Of a DNA stretch of 24,000 nucleotides, positions 1 to 9,655 are shown one piece after another. Every line of letters starts with the position of its first letter. The stretch's first letter is position 1. The stretch lies in NCBI GenBank assembly GCA_046595475.1, contig JBKJOQ010000059.1. One strand, 5' to 3'. The notes beneath the pieces are model-generated. The model saw only the letters and a program-made list of their open reading frames with translations, did not search any database and was not told the DNA's origin. A program made the position numbers and the translations under genes. Origin of the DNA: Rhizobacter sp. (GTDB lineage: Bacteria > Pseudomonadota > Gammaproteobacteria > Burkholderiales > Burkholderiaceae_C).

Positions 1-2310
1 CGGCCCGACGTGATGGCGGTCTACACCGTCACGCTGCGTGCGGCCAAGCTGCAGTACCCGGTGCTGCTGTCCAACGGCAACCTGGTCGACCAAGGCGACA
101 TGATGGCCGGCGTGTACGGCCCGCGGCACTTTGCCAAGTGGCACGACCCCTTCCCCAAGCCCAGCTACCTCTTTGCGCTGGTGGCCGCCGACCTGGTGGC
201 GCGCGAGCAGCACATACGCACCCGCTCGGGCAAAGACCACTTGCTGCAGGTGTACGTGCGCCGCGGTGACCTTGAGAAGACCGAGCACGCGATGAACTCG
301 CTGATCGCAAGCGTGGTGTGGGACGAAGCCCGCTTCAAGCTGCCGCTCGATCTGGAGCGCTTCATGATCGTTGCCGTGGGCGACTTCAACATGGGCGCGA
401 TGGAAAATAAGGGCCTGAACATCTTCAACACGAAGTTCGTTCTGGCCAACCCGGCCACCGCCACCGATGTCGATTACGCCGGCATCGAGAGCGTGGTGGG
501 CCACGAGTACTTCCACAACTGGACGGGCAACCGCATCACCTGCCGCGACTGGTTTCAGCTGAGCCTGAAAGAAGGCCTCACCGTCTTCCGCGACCAAGAG
601 TTCAGCATGGACATGGCGGGCACTGCCACTGCCCGCGCCGTGAAGCGCATTGAAGACGTGCGCACGCTGCGCCAGGTGCAGTTCCCCGAAGACGCCGGTG
701 GCATGGCCCACCCGGTGCGGCCCGACAGCTATGTCGAGATCAACAATTTCTACACCGCCACCGTCTACGAAAAGGGCGCAGAAGTCGTGCGCATGATGCA
801 GACCTTGGTGAGCAACCAGTCCGATCCCTTGGGGCGCGCGGGCTTCGCCCGTGGCATCACCCTCTATTTCAGCCGCTTCGATGGCCAGGCCGTGACCTGC
901 GATGACTTCGCCCAGGCCATCGCCGATGCCAACCCCGAGAGTGCACTCGCCAAGCAGTTGCTGCAGTTCAAGCGCTGGTACAGCCAGGCCGGCACACCGC
1001 GCGTGAGCGCACGCGGGCGCTACGACGCGCCTTCGCGCACCTACACCTTGGGCATCGAGCAGACCGCTCTGCCCTCACCCGGCCAGCCCGCCAAGCAAGC
1101 CTATGTGATCCCGCTGGCCATGGGTCTGGTGGGGCGCGACGGCCAAGCACTGCCCTTGCAGCTGGAAGGCGAAGCACAGCCAGTGGGCACCGAGCGCGTA
1201 CTGGTGCTCAACGAAGCGCGCACCTTCTTCACCTTCGTCAACGTCGACGTGGAGCCCGTGCCCTCGCTTCTGCGCGGTTTCTCGGCGCCGGTGGTGCTGG
1301 CCGATCAACTGGCCGATGCCGACCTGCTCACTCTGTTGAAGCATGACACCGATCCCTTCAACCGCTGGGAAGCCGGCCAGCGCCTGGCGCTGAATCGCCT
1401 GCTCGCGTGCATCAAAGACGGCGGCGTGCTGCAGCTCGACAACGCCTTCATCGACGCCATGCGCAGCCTGTTGCGCGACCCGCAGCTAGACGCGGCCTTC
1501 AAAGAGCTGGCGCTCACGCTGCCGAGCGAAATCTACCTCGCCGAGCAGCTCAACCCGGTCGACCCGCAGCGCATACACGCCGTGCGCGAAGCCATGCTGC
1601 TGCAGTTGGCCCAAGCCCTGCGCGACGACTGGGGCTGGGCCTTCGAGGCGCACCAGGTGAAGGGCGGCTACTCGCCCGACCCGATCTCATCGGGCCGCCG
1701 TGCGCTGGCCAACCTTGCGCTCACCATGCTGTGCCGCGACGCCCACGCCCGCGGTGACGCCGTGTGGCCGGGCCGCGCCTATGAGCGCTTCAAAGACGCT
1801 GGCAACATGACCGACCGCCTGGGTGCGCTCACCGCGCTCACGCACTCGCATGCCGAGCTGGCCGAGCTGGCGCTGCAGCGCTTCCACACCTTGTTCAAGG
1901 GCGAAGCGCTCGTCATCGACAAGTGGTTCACGCTGCAAGCCACCACGCCCGAAAAAGATGGCCAGGTGTTCACCCGCGCGAAGCACCTGCTCAAGCACCC
2001 CGACTTCTCGCTCAAGAACCCCAACCGCGCACGCAGCCTCATCGCCGCGCTGTGCATGGGCAACCCGGCGGCCTTTCATCGCAGCGATGCAGCGGGCTAT
2101 GTGTTCTGGGCCGACCGCATCATCGAGCTCGACGGCGTCAACCCGCAGCTTGCGGCCCGCTTGGCGCGCGTGATGGACCGCTGGAGCCAGCTGGCCGAGC
2201 CCTACCGCGCGGCAGCGGGTGAAGCCATCAAACGCGTGGCCGCCAAACCCGATCTTTCAAGCGACGTGGCCGAAGTCATCAACCGCGCGCTGCAACAGGA
2301 AACAGCATGA
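1..2310 (+). CDS. pepN: Aminopeptidase N (M1 family zinc metallopeptidase), N-terminus truncated by window edge
   Basis: Open frame runs in from base 1; GAMENKG motif, zinc motif [11 protein letters not shown], and long C-terminal helical region typical of PepN. Confidence 0.96.
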   Translation, partial: RPDVMAVYTVTLRAAKLQYPVLLSNGNLVDQGDMMAGVYGPRHFAKWHDPFPKPSYLFALVAADLVAREQHIRTRSGKDHLLQVYVRRGDLEKTEHAMNSLIASVVWDEARFKLPLDLERFMIVAVGDFNMGAMENKGLNIFNTKFVLANPATATDVDYAGIESVVGHEYFHNWTGNRITCRDWFQLSLKEGLTVFRDQEFSMDMAGTATARAVKRIEDVRTLRQVQFPEDAGGMAHPVRPDSYVEINNFYTATVYEKGAEVVRMMQTLVSNQSDPLGRAGFARGITLYFSRFDGQAVTCDDFAQAIADANPESALAKQLLQFKRWYSQAGTPRVSARGRYDAPSRTYTLGIEQTALPSPGQPAKQAYVIPLAMGLVGRDGQALPLQLEGEAQPVGTERVLVLNEARTFFTFVNVDVEPVPSLLRGFSAPVVLADQLADADLLTLLKHDTDPFNRWEAGQRLALNRLLACIKDGGVLQLDNAFIDAMRSLLRDPQLDAAFKELALTLPSEIYLAEQLNPVDPQRIHAVREAMLLQLAQALRDDWGWAFEAHQVKGGYSPDPISSGRRALANLALTMLCRDAHARGDAVWPGRAYERFKDAGNMTDRLGALTALTHSHAELAELALQRFHTLFKGEALVIDKWFTLQATTPEKDGQVFTRAKHLLKHPDFSLKNPNRARSLIAALCMGNPAAFHRSDAAGYVFWADRIIELDGVNPQLAARLARVMDRWSQLAEPYRAAAGEAIKRVAAKPDLSSDVAEVINRALQQETA

Positions 2311-3317
2311 CCCGAAGAATCAGCCTCACCCAGTACCTGGTCGAGCAACAGCGCCAGCACGGCCACATTCCCGGCCAGCTGCGCTTGTTGATCGAGGTGG
2401 TGGCACGTGCTTGCAAGCGCATCAGCATCAGCGTGAACAAGGGCGCCCTGGGCGACGTGCTCGGCACGGCCACAAGCGAAAACGTGCAGGGCGAGATCCA
2501 GAAGAAGCTGGACATCATTGCCAACGAGGTGCTGATCGAAGCCAACGAATGGGGCGGCGCGCTCGCGGCCATGGCCAGCGAAGAAATGGAAGGCATCTAC
2601 GTGGTGCCCAACCGCTACCCGCAAGGCGAATACCTGCTGCTGTTCGACCCTCTCGATGGCTCTTCGAACATCGACGTCAACGTGAGCATAGGCACCATCT
2701 TCTCGGTGCTGAAGAAGCCCGAGGGCCACGAAGGCGTAAGCGAGGCCGATTTCCTGCAAGCCGGCAGCAAGCAAGTGGCCGCCGGCTACTGCGTGTATGG
2801 CCCGCAAACCACGCTGGTGCTCACGGTGGGCGATGGCGTGACCATGTTCACCCTCGACCGCGAGCAAGGCTCGTGGGTGCTCACGCAAGACGGCGTGCAG
2901 ATCCCGGAAGACACCAAAGAGTTTGCCGTCAACATGAGCAACATGCGCCACTGGGCGCCGCCCATGAAGCGCTACATCGACGAGTGCCTGGCCGGCAAGA
3001 GCGGCCCGCGCGGCAAAGACTTCAACATGCGCTGGATCGCGAGCATGGTGGCCGACGTGCACCGCATCTTGACCCGCGGTGGCGTGTTCATGTACCCCTG
3101 GGACAAACGCGAGCCCGACAAGGCCGGCAAGCTGCGCCTGATGTATGAGGCCAACCCGATGGGCTTTCTGGTCGAGCAGGCGGGCGGCGCGGCAACGAAT
3201 ACGCAGCAGCGCATTCTCGACATCGAGCCGAGCAAGCTGCATCAGCGCGTGAGCGTGGTGCTGGGCTCCAAGAACGAGGTGGAGCGCGTCACCGCCTATC
3301 ACCAGGCGCAGAGCTGA
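2307..3317 (+). CDS. fbp: Fructose-1,6-bisphosphatase class I
   Basis: 336 aa; [23 protein letters not shown] and GGVFMYP motifs; ATGA overlap with the pepN stop. Confidence 0.97.
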   Translation: MTRRISLTQYLVEQQRQHGHIPGQLRLLIEVVARACKRISISVNKGALGDVLGTATSENVQGEIQKKLDIIANEVLIEANEWGGALAAMASEEMEGIYVVPNRYPQGEYLLLFDPLDGSSNIDVNVSIGTIFSVLKKPEGHEGVSEADFLQAGSKQVAAGYCVYGPQTTLVLTVGDGVTMFTLDREQGSWVLTQDGVQIPEDTKEFAVNMSNMRHWAPPMKRYIDECLAGKSGPRGKDFNMRWIASMVADVHRILTRGGVFMYPWDKREPDKAGKLRLMYEANPMGFLVEQAGGAATNTQQRILDIEPSKLHQRVSVVLGSKNEVERVTAYHQAQS

Positions 3318-3988
3318 TGGGCACCGTCTACCTGGTGCGCCACGGCCAGGCCTCGTTTGGCGCCGACAACTACGACAAGCTGAGCGATCTGGGCCACCGC
3401 CAATGCGAGCGGCTCGGCGAGTACTTTCGCGGCAAAGGCTTGCGCTTTGATGCCGCGCTGGTGGGCACGCTGCAACGCCAGATCGAGTCGCTGGCCGGCA
3501 TTGCCAAGGGCATGCAGTGGCAGGCAGAGCCGCTTTCATGGCCAGGGCTTAATGAATACGACAGCAAGGCGGTGGTGAGCGCCATTCACACCGGCCCGCT
3601 TGAAAAGCCCACCACGCCCGAACTCGTGCGCCACCACTTCCGCCTGTTGCGTGCAGGCCTTGCCGCCTGGATGGCCGGCACCAGCCAGCCCGAAGGCATG
3701 CCAAGCTATGCCGACTTCGTCGCAGGCATCACCGGGGCGCTAGACCACGTGCGTGGCAACCACCACGAGAAGAACGTGCTCATCGTCTCAAGCGGCGGGC
3801 CTATTTCGACCATCGTGGGCCATGTGCTGGGCATGTCACCCGAAGCGACCATTGACCTCAACATGCGCATACGCAACAGCTCGGTCACAGAGCTCGCTTT
3901 CACGCCCAAGCGGCACATGCTCATGACCTACAACACCCTGCCGCACCTCGATCACCCTGATCACGCGGCGTGGGTCACCTACGCTTGA
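3317..3988 (+). CDS. Histidine phosphatase family protein (phosphoglycerate mutase-like)
   Basis: 223 aa starting [15 protein letters not shown] (RHG catalytic motif); 1-nt TGATG overlap with fbp stop. Confidence 0.9.
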   Translation: MGTVYLVRHGQASFGADNYDKLSDLGHRQCERLGEYFRGKGLRFDAALVGTLQRQIESLAGIAKGMQWQAEPLSWPGLNEYDSKAVVSAIHTGPLEKPTTPELVRHHFRLLRAGLAAWMAGTSQPEGMPSYADFVAGITGALDHVRGNHHEKNVLIVSSGGPISTIVGHVLGMSPEATIDLNMRIRNSSVTELAFTPKRHMLMTYNTLPHLDHPDHAAWVTYA

Positions 3989-4023
3989 GGCAAACGGCCC
4001 CGCTATAATCTCGCGCTTCACCT

Positions 4024-4099
4024 GCCGGTGTAGCTCAGTTGGTAGAGCAGCGCATTCGTAATGCGAAGGTCGAGGGTTCGACTCCTTTCACCGGCACCA
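4024..4099 (+). tRNA. tRNA-Thr (anticodon CGT), CCA encoded
   Basis: GCCGGTG...CACCGGC-A-CCA acceptor, TAGCTCAGTTGGTAGAGC D arm, TTCGTAA anticodon loop, GGTTCGACTCC T arm. Confidence 0.97.
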
Positions 4100-4117
4100 C
4101 ACAAATCGACACCCCGA

Positions 4118-4153
4118 AGCCAGCGACGCCGCTCTGCGGCTCGTTGGCTTTTT
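4118..4153 (+). terminator. Rho-independent terminator downstream of tRNA-Thr
   Basis: AGCCAGCGA-CGCCGCTCTGCGGC-TCGTTGGCT stem with one G-T wobble and inner GCCGC/GCGGC stem, followed by TTTT. Confidence 0.8.
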
Positions 4154-4187
4154 GGTATCTGAACGAGATTGCATGAGCACGCTGGGC

Positions 4188-4230
4188 CGCCCCAAGGGCG
4201 AATACCGAAGTGCGAAGCACGAAGGTATTT
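4188..4230 (+). promoter_or_regulatory. Possible structured leader: two small hairpins before the VanZ-like ORF start
   Basis: CGCCC-CAA-GGGCG (4188-4200) and GTGC-GAA-GCAC (4210-4220), then GAAGG and an ATG at 4233. Confidence 0.4.
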
Positions 4231-4232
4231 CA

Positions 4233-4655
4233 ATGAGCTCAACTTTGTCGACAACAAGCCCTCTCGCTCGCATGCTGGTCAACATCATTCAAGCCCGGCG
4301 GCCCTGGCAGCTGATCTTGTTCGTGCTGGTCTGCGTGGTGTGTTACCTCACCCTCACGCCCAGCCCGCCCAAAGGCGTCGACCTGGGCTGGGACAAGCTG
4401 AACCACGCCACCGCGTTCGCCGCGTTGACTGTGGCGGGCTGCTTCGCCTTTCCTGGATCTTGGCGCACCGTGCTGGCAGTGCTGCTCGGGCTGCTGGCCC
4501 TGGGCGGGCTGATCGAGGTGGTGCAGTACTTCGTGCCCGGCCGCAGCTGCGACCTGCTCGATGTAGTGGCCGATGCCGTTGGCATGGCGGTTGGCGCCAC
4601 TGTGGCGCTGCTGACGACAAAACTGGCGCGGCGGGCGCAAGCAGCGCCCGCCTGA
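4233..4655 (+). CDS. VanZ-like family small membrane protein
   Basis: Conserved pattern DKLNHATAFAALTVAG...GLIEVVQYFVPGRSCDLLDVVADAVGMAVG. Alternative in-frame ATG at 4173. Confidence 0.78.
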   Translation: MSSTLSTTSPLARMLVNIIQARRPWQLILFVLVCVVCYLTLTPSPPKGVDLGWDKLNHATAFAALTVAGCFAFPGSWRTVLAVLLGLLALGGLIEVVQYFVPGRSCDLLDVVADAVGMAVGATVALLTTKLARRAQAAPA

Positions 4656-4658
4656 AAC

Positions 4659-4928
4659 TCACTGGTCGCGGCGCTGCAAGCGCTCCCAGAACGAGACGGC
4701 CTTACTGACCCAGGCACGGTAGTGCGGGTCTTGCGCCGAATAAAACGGAATGCCGCGCTCAACGAAGCGAGCCGCGGCCTGCGCCAACGCCACCCGCGAG
4801 GGGCTGGCGCCGTGCTCCAGCTCAATTCCTTCCAGCGCATGCAGCGCGGTGAAGCGCGGCATCGGTTCGGGCGCCATCAAGTGCTCGCGCAGAGTCGAAG
4901 AATCCATGGCGGAAGAGGCAGAGGGCAT
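4659..4928 (-). CDS. Hypothetical protein
   Basis: Compact ORF ending 3 bp from the convergent gene; start MPSASSAMDSS with GGAG-like RBS; no family recognised. Confidence 0.6.
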   Translation of the reverse strand: MPSASSAMDSSTLREHLMAPEPMPRFTALHALEGIELEHGASPSRVALAQAAARFVERGIPFYSAQDPHYRAWVSKAVSFWERLQRRDQ

Positions 4929-5437
4929 GCAAGGCTCCGTGAGCAGTCGGTCCGCTATTCTTCGTCTCAATCGACCGCACCTTGAGCAGCAACAACGGCC
5001 CACCTGCGCCTCATTTCACGCTTATGGCTTGGCTGCCAGCCCGGCCCCACACGCTGCGTAGTGCGTATCCAACAAACCGTTTCCAAGTGCAAGCACGCCG
5101 AAAATCTCGCCTGCAAGCCTCCATTCAGAATGCATCGCAATGCGACGGGCGTGCGTACTTCTCGTTCTGGAGAAGGTGAGCGCCAACCATTGCATTGCGG
5201 CACGTCACCCTGTGGCTAAGGTGTCAAAACCGCTGACGAATTCGGCAGCGAAAACCCGGCTGCACCGTTTGAACGCCAAGTCCTCGCGCAAGCCCCTTGC
5301 TCAGGGTGGAGAGGCCCTTCCTACGGGTTCGCACCACTTGGGCACCTCCGTGAGGCCCGATATCTTCGCAGACGGAAATACGAACGAGCGTTCTTTTTTG
5401 CACGCCGTTCCGAAAATCAAGACAGTGGAGAGAACCC

Positions 5438-6427
5438 ATGAAGCCAATGCTTGTGTCAGACGTCGGTTGGTGCATCGCGATGAAGGATGTCTTTACCGCA
5501 TGCGGCCTGGATGCTGAGGCCTTGCTCGCGAAAGCCGGTTTCAACTTCAGCGGTACCGACCAGGTCGACGTCACCGAACTGACCGACGCGTTCAGCCGCG
5601 CGTGGGAATTGGCTGTCGCGCAAACGGGCAACCCGGCGATCGGCCTCACCGCACCGTCGCACCCGCTGAAATCACTGGGCGTGCTGTCGCACATGGTGCT
5701 GTCGGCACCCGACTTGCGCGGCGCCATGCAAGCCATCGTGCGCTTCACGCACCTGATCTCGCCGACCGCCACCTTCGATGCCAAGCTCGATGGCGGCAGC
5801 TGCTTTCTGATCCTTGAAATCGCGCCTGGCCGCAACCCGGTGCCGAGCCAGCGCTACGACTTCTACTCCACCGTGCTCTTGCAAGCCGCGCGCTGGATCA
5901 CCGGGCGCCACCTGACGCCGCGGGCCTTCTATCACCCGGCGCCCACGCCCGCCGACCCCACGCCGTGGCATGAGGCCTACGGCTGCCCGGTGCACTTCGG
6001 CAGCAGCAAATGCATGCTCGAGTTGTCGAGCGCCGACCTCTCGCTGCCGATTCCCACCGCCGACCCGCGCGTGGCCGACCTGTGCGACCGCCTCGCCACG
6101 CAAGTGGCTGAGCAGCAAGGCGGCTCGGTCAGCATCCGCGTGCGCCAGGCACTGCAAAAGATCATCGCCAAGGGCGAGCCGCGCCGTCAGACAGTGGCCA
6201 CCATGCTGTGCATCAGCGAGCGCACCTTGCAGCGTCGGCTTACCGAAGAAGGCACGAGCTTCGCCGAGCTGGTCGACGAAGTGCGGCGCGAACTGGCGCA
6301 GCGCTACTTCAAGCACAGCACCATCAGCTCCACCGAAATCACCTTTGCGCTGGGCTTTGCCGACCCCAGCAATTTCTATCGTGCATGCAAGCGCTGGTTT
6401 GGTCGCTCACCCAGCACCATGCGCTAA
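5438..6427 (+). CDS. AraC family transcriptional regulator with arabinose-binding-like N-terminal domain
   Basis: 329 aa; C-terminal double HTH (TVATMLCISERTLQRRLTEEGTSFAELVDEVRRELAQRYF...ITFALGFADPSNFYRACKRWFGRSPS). Confidence 0.92.
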   Translation: MKPMLVSDVGWCIAMKDVFTACGLDAEALLAKAGFNFSGTDQVDVTELTDAFSRAWELAVAQTGNPAIGLTAPSHPLKSLGVLSHMVLSAPDLRGAMQAIVRFTHLISPTATFDAKLDGGSCFLILEIAPGRNPVPSQRYDFYSTVLLQAARWITGRHLTPRAFYHPAPTPADPTPWHEAYGCPVHFGSSKCMLELSSADLSLPIPTADPRVADLCDRLATQVAEQQGGSVSIRVRQALQKIIAKGEPRRQTVATMLCISERTLQRRLTEEGTSFAELVDEVRRELAQRYFKHSTISSTEITFALGFADPSNFYRACKRWFGRSPSTMR

Positions 6428-6451
6428 CAGCCTTACCGCGTAGTCACCGAG

Positions 6452-6910
6452 ATGATCGAAAGCGCCGAAGCGTTTGCCGAGATGGTCAACAGCACGCCTC
6501 CCGACCCGTTTCGTCTGGCCTGGGCCGAAGCGCCAACGGCGGTGTGGTGGGAGCTCGTGGATCGCTATCCGCATCTGTCGGCCTGGGTGGCTGCAAACCG
6601 CACCGTGCCTGAGGAAGTGCTGGCGCATCTCGCATCCCATGGCAACACACAGGCACGCACGGTCGTGGCCTCCAAGGCCCAACTCCCTGAGCAACTGCTC
6701 TTGATCCTGGCGCACGACAAAGACGAAGCCGTGCGCCTGCGTGTGGCGTTCAATGCGCTGGCCACCCGCGAGGTGCTGGCTTCGCTCGCCAGCGACGCCT
6801 GTCCCGTCGTGCGCATGCACGCGCAAGCGCGCCTCACCCACGGCATCAGTGGCAACAACTTGCCCGCGTCGTATCTCGACTCCGTCAGCCTCGCAGACCT
6901 GCTGCACTGA
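6452..6910 (+). CDS. Hypothetical protein with leucine-rich-repeat-variant/HEAT-like helical repeats
   Basis: 152 aa; recurring ~24-aa units such as NRTVPEEVLAHLASHGNTQARTVVASKAQLPEQLLLILAHDKDEAVRLRVAFN. Confidence 0.65.
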   Translation: MIESAEAFAEMVNSTPPDPFRLAWAEAPTAVWWELVDRYPHLSAWVAANRTVPEEVLAHLASHGNTQARTVVASKAQLPEQLLLILAHDKDEAVRLRVAFNALATREVLASLASDACPVVRMHAQARLTHGISGNNLPASYLDSVSLADLLH

Positions 6911-7236
6911 AGGCGACTGCGCCTCTCCACGGGCCGCATAGACGCGCGTCACCCACGCGTGATGAGCCACGCTCCAAAAATTGGGGCGGAATGGTACTAG
7001 GCGAAAACCCTCTCCGCGTTTGAGTGGTTCCGCGGGCCATGAGCTTGGCCCGATCGGTCAGTGCCATTCGTGAACCAACTAACGATCATCGCGCTGCGCC
7101 TCTGACGAACGCTTCACCGGGCCAGCAACGCTACCGCACCGCCAGTCCGGGTCGGGCACAACCCATGAGGGTCGGGGTACAAGAAGTGCGCGAGTCCTAC
7201 TTCAACTTACAGCAACAACTATCTGGAGATCCAAAC

Positions 7237-7770
7237 ATGAAACTGATCAAACTGTCCGTCCTCGCCGCAGCCCTGGTGCTGAGCTTCTCTGCTTCCGCCG
7301 CCATGACCCCCATCAGCGACTCCGCCCTCAGCGAGGTCACGGGCCAAGACGGCGTGACGATCGCAGGTGACCTGAAAATCAACATCGGCTCGTTCCGCTA
7401 CACCGACACCGACGCCACCGGCGGCTCCGTGTCGTTCAACAACATCGGCATCAACGGCATGTTCGTGATGACCGTGGACATCCTCAATGCCGCAGCCTTC
7501 TCGGGCGGCGTGGGTGCGGCCATGGTCAGCCACGGCCTGACGGCTGCTGAAGCCGCCACGAACCTCACCGCACTGGTGACCAACGGCGTGTACGACAACG
7601 CCAGCGACGTGGTTCAGTTCGCTTTCCCCGCTGCCAACCTCGACACCCGCCTGACCCCGAGCATCTCGGTGGCCTCGATCACCATGGGCCACAGCACGCG
7701 GTCGTTCGGCAGCGTCGCCTTGAACAACATCGACCTGCAAGGCACCAAGATCTGGCTGTGGGCTCACTGA
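7237..7770 (+). CDS. Exported tag-motif protein P1 (DUF6160-like; possible major subunit)
   Basis: 177 aa; signal peptide [21 protein letters not shown], then [14 protein letters not shown]; RBS CTGGAG at correct spacing. Confidence 0.85.
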   Translation: MKLIKLSVLAAALVLSFSASAAMTPISDSALSEVTGQDGVTIAGDLKINIGSFRYTDTDATGGSVSFNNIGINGMFVMTVDILNAAAFSGGVGAAMVSHGLTAAEAATNLTALVTNGVYDNASDVVQFAFPAANLDTRLTPSISVASITMGHSTRSFGSVALNNIDLQGTKIWLWAH

Positions 7771-7784
7771 GCCATGAGTTGACG

Positions 7785-7805
7785 GCGCCCTCTCTCTTTG
7801 GGCGC
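7785..7805 (+). terminator. Hairpin, possible first part of an attenuator/terminator after P1
   Basis: GCGCCC-TCTCTCTTT-GGGCGC inverted repeat just downstream of the P1 stop. Confidence 0.4.
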
Positions 7806-7824
7806 TAGCTCGATGCATCGTTAG

Positions 7825-7860
7825 GCCCCGTGGCCCTCCCGCCACGGGGCATTTGTGTGT
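7825..7860 (+). terminator. Strong hairpin between P1 and P2, candidate partial terminator
   Basis: Perfect 9-bp stem GCCCCGTGG...CCACGGGGC (7825-7850) followed by ATTTGTGTGT. Confidence 0.6.
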
Positions 7861-7927
7861 CGCGCTCGTGTGTTGCATCGCTTGCCACTCACTTACCCAA
7901 CTTCGAACCGCCCTATGGGCCACCACC

Positions 7928-8731
7928 ATGCCAGTCCGTTTCACATTCGCTGTTTGCCTCGTCGCCGCTCTGTGTGGCGCGGGCACGGCTGTGCACGCCC
8001 AGGGTGTGGCACTGGCCGACAGCGAACTCTCCAACGTGTGGGGCCAGGCGCTGCTGGACCTCACCAACACCAGCCTCAACGGCTACGACTTCTCTCGAAT
8101 CACGCTTGGCGCCGACATCCAGCTCAGCGCCAACTTGAGCAACGTGCGGCTGGGCGAATACAGCTACGCCGCGCGGAACGCGACCGGCGCCGACATTGAC
8201 CTCGGCCTGTTTCGCTTCGGGCGCAGCGATGGCACCGACGCACAGCGCACGGTGAGCATCACCGACCCCTACTTCGAATTCGTCTACAAGAACAACAGCG
8301 ACGCAGCCACACGCGAAGTGGTGGGCATGCGCCTGGGCTTCGGCAGCATCAAGGGCGATCTCGGCGTGCAGCTCAACGCCGTGAGCGGCTCCTTGCTGAT
8401 CAACGGTGGCGCGCTTGGCACGCTCGATTCGCGCAGCGACACGCTGGGCGGCAAGCGCTGGGACGGCGGGAGCTGCGGCGCCAGCGCCTGCCCCTTCACG
8501 CTGGCACAAATCAGCACGCTTACCGCCGGAGACGCCAGCGGCCCCAGCCGCGACTTCTTCATCTCGGTGCTCAAGCAGGCCGTGCAGTTCCCCGGCACCA
8601 GCGCCGCTGTCGGCGCATCAGACCCGGCGCTGGCCGGCTTCTGGCTCAACTGGCGCGATCGTCTCTCCGCGACCGGACTCAACCAGCCGGTGCCACCCAA
8701 CCTGCCCAAGCTGGCCATCGGCGGCGGCTGA
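7928..8731 (+). CDS. Exported tag-motif protein P2
   Basis: 267 aa; signal peptide MPVRFTFAVCLVAALCGAGTAVHA then LADSELSNVWGQAL; beta-rich remainder. Confidence 0.85.
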   Translation: MPVRFTFAVCLVAALCGAGTAVHAQGVALADSELSNVWGQALLDLTNTSLNGYDFSRITLGADIQLSANLSNVRLGEYSYAARNATGADIDLGLFRFGRSDGTDAQRTVSITDPYFEFVYKNNSDAATREVVGMRLGFGSIKGDLGVQLNAVSGSLLINGGALGTLDSRSDTLGGKRWDGGSCGASACPFTLAQISTLTAGDASGPSRDFFISVLKQAVQFPGTSAAVGASDPALAGFWLNWRDRLSATGLNQPVPPNLPKLAIGGG

Positions 8732-8733
8732 AC

Positions 8734-9654
8734 ATGATGCGCAGTACCCGCTCCTTGTCAGCGCATGCCCTGTGCGCGCTCACCTTGCTGGCCAGCGCCG
8801 CCTGCCACGCCGGCGGCCTGCAGCCGCTGAACGACGCCGAGCTGTCGGCCGTGAGCGGTGCCGACGGCCTGGCCTTCAACCTGCGCGGCTTCTCGCTCTC
8901 GGGCCCGATCACGTTGACCTACACCATGCCCGGCCCGGCAGGCAATTCGCTGTGGCTCTCAGACTTCGCGCTGTCGCGCAGCGACGACCTGGCCACCACC
9001 TTCAGCGACCCCTACCGCCTGCAAGTGCTGGCGCGCGGCAACGGCCTCGCCGATGTGATCCGCCTGAGCGAACCAGAGAACGCCAACGGCTTGCTCAAGT
9101 GGCAGTTCGCTGCCGACTGGGGCGTCAACGCCGATGGCATGAGCTTTCATGGCGGTGCGCTGGTGGTGCAAGACCTGGTCACCCGCGGCGGCAGCCTGAC
9201 GCTGACCACCCCCGCGGCCGCTGACGTGGAAGGCATTGCCTTCGGCGCCGCCCTGCGCATCGACATTGCCAACCTGATGCTGCGCCCGCGCGGCCGTGAC
9301 GACACCAGCAACCCCGACCCGGCCACTGTGAGCGAGCAATGGCGCTTGTCGGGCATACACCTCGGCGCGGCCTCCAGCAGCGGCGTGCTGCTGGGCTCGC
9401 CGTGGGCGATTGCCGATGCCACCACCCAGCCGGGCATCGTCAACGCCGTGACCGATGCCAGTGGCAACTCGAACCTGCACATCGGCATCGACTGGCCCAC
9501 CAACGGCAACAGCGCAGCCATCGGCGGCCTGCTGATCGACAACATCACGTTCAAGAGCAGCACCCTGCCCGGCGGCATGCTCGATCTGGGCTCGAGCCGC
9601 GTTGGCACGATGCAGATCCAGTACCTAGACGTGAAGCTCAGGGCGGGGTTCTAA
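8734..9654 (+). CDS. Exported tag-motif protein P3
   Basis: 306 aa; signal peptide, then LNDAELSAVSGADG; begins 2 bp after P2 stop. Confidence 0.87.
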   Translation: MMRSTRSLSAHALCALTLLASAACHAGGLQPLNDAELSAVSGADGLAFNLRGFSLSGPITLTYTMPGPAGNSLWLSDFALSRSDDLATTFSDPYRLQVLARGNGLADVIRLSEPENANGLLKWQFAADWGVNADGMSFHGGALVVQDLVTRGGSLTLTTPAAADVEGIAFGAALRIDIANLMLRPRGRDDTSNPDPATVSEQWRLSGIHLGAASSSGVLLGSPWAIADATTQPGIVNAVTDASGNSNLHIGIDWPTNGNSAAIGGLLIDNITFKSSTLPGGMLDLGSSRVGTMQIQYLDVKLRAGF

Positions 9655-9655
9655 C

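Noticed and set aside
2202-3539. 445-aa minus-strand ORF opposite fbp and neighbours
   Set aside because: GC-rich shadow ORF antisense to clearly identified genes with motif support; Arg/Ala/His-rich composition typical of spurious frames.
5224-5835. 203-aa minus-strand ORF and 125-aa plus-strand ORF (5140-5517) near the AraC gene
   Set aside because: They overlap the AraC coding region and each other, and show no family motifs.
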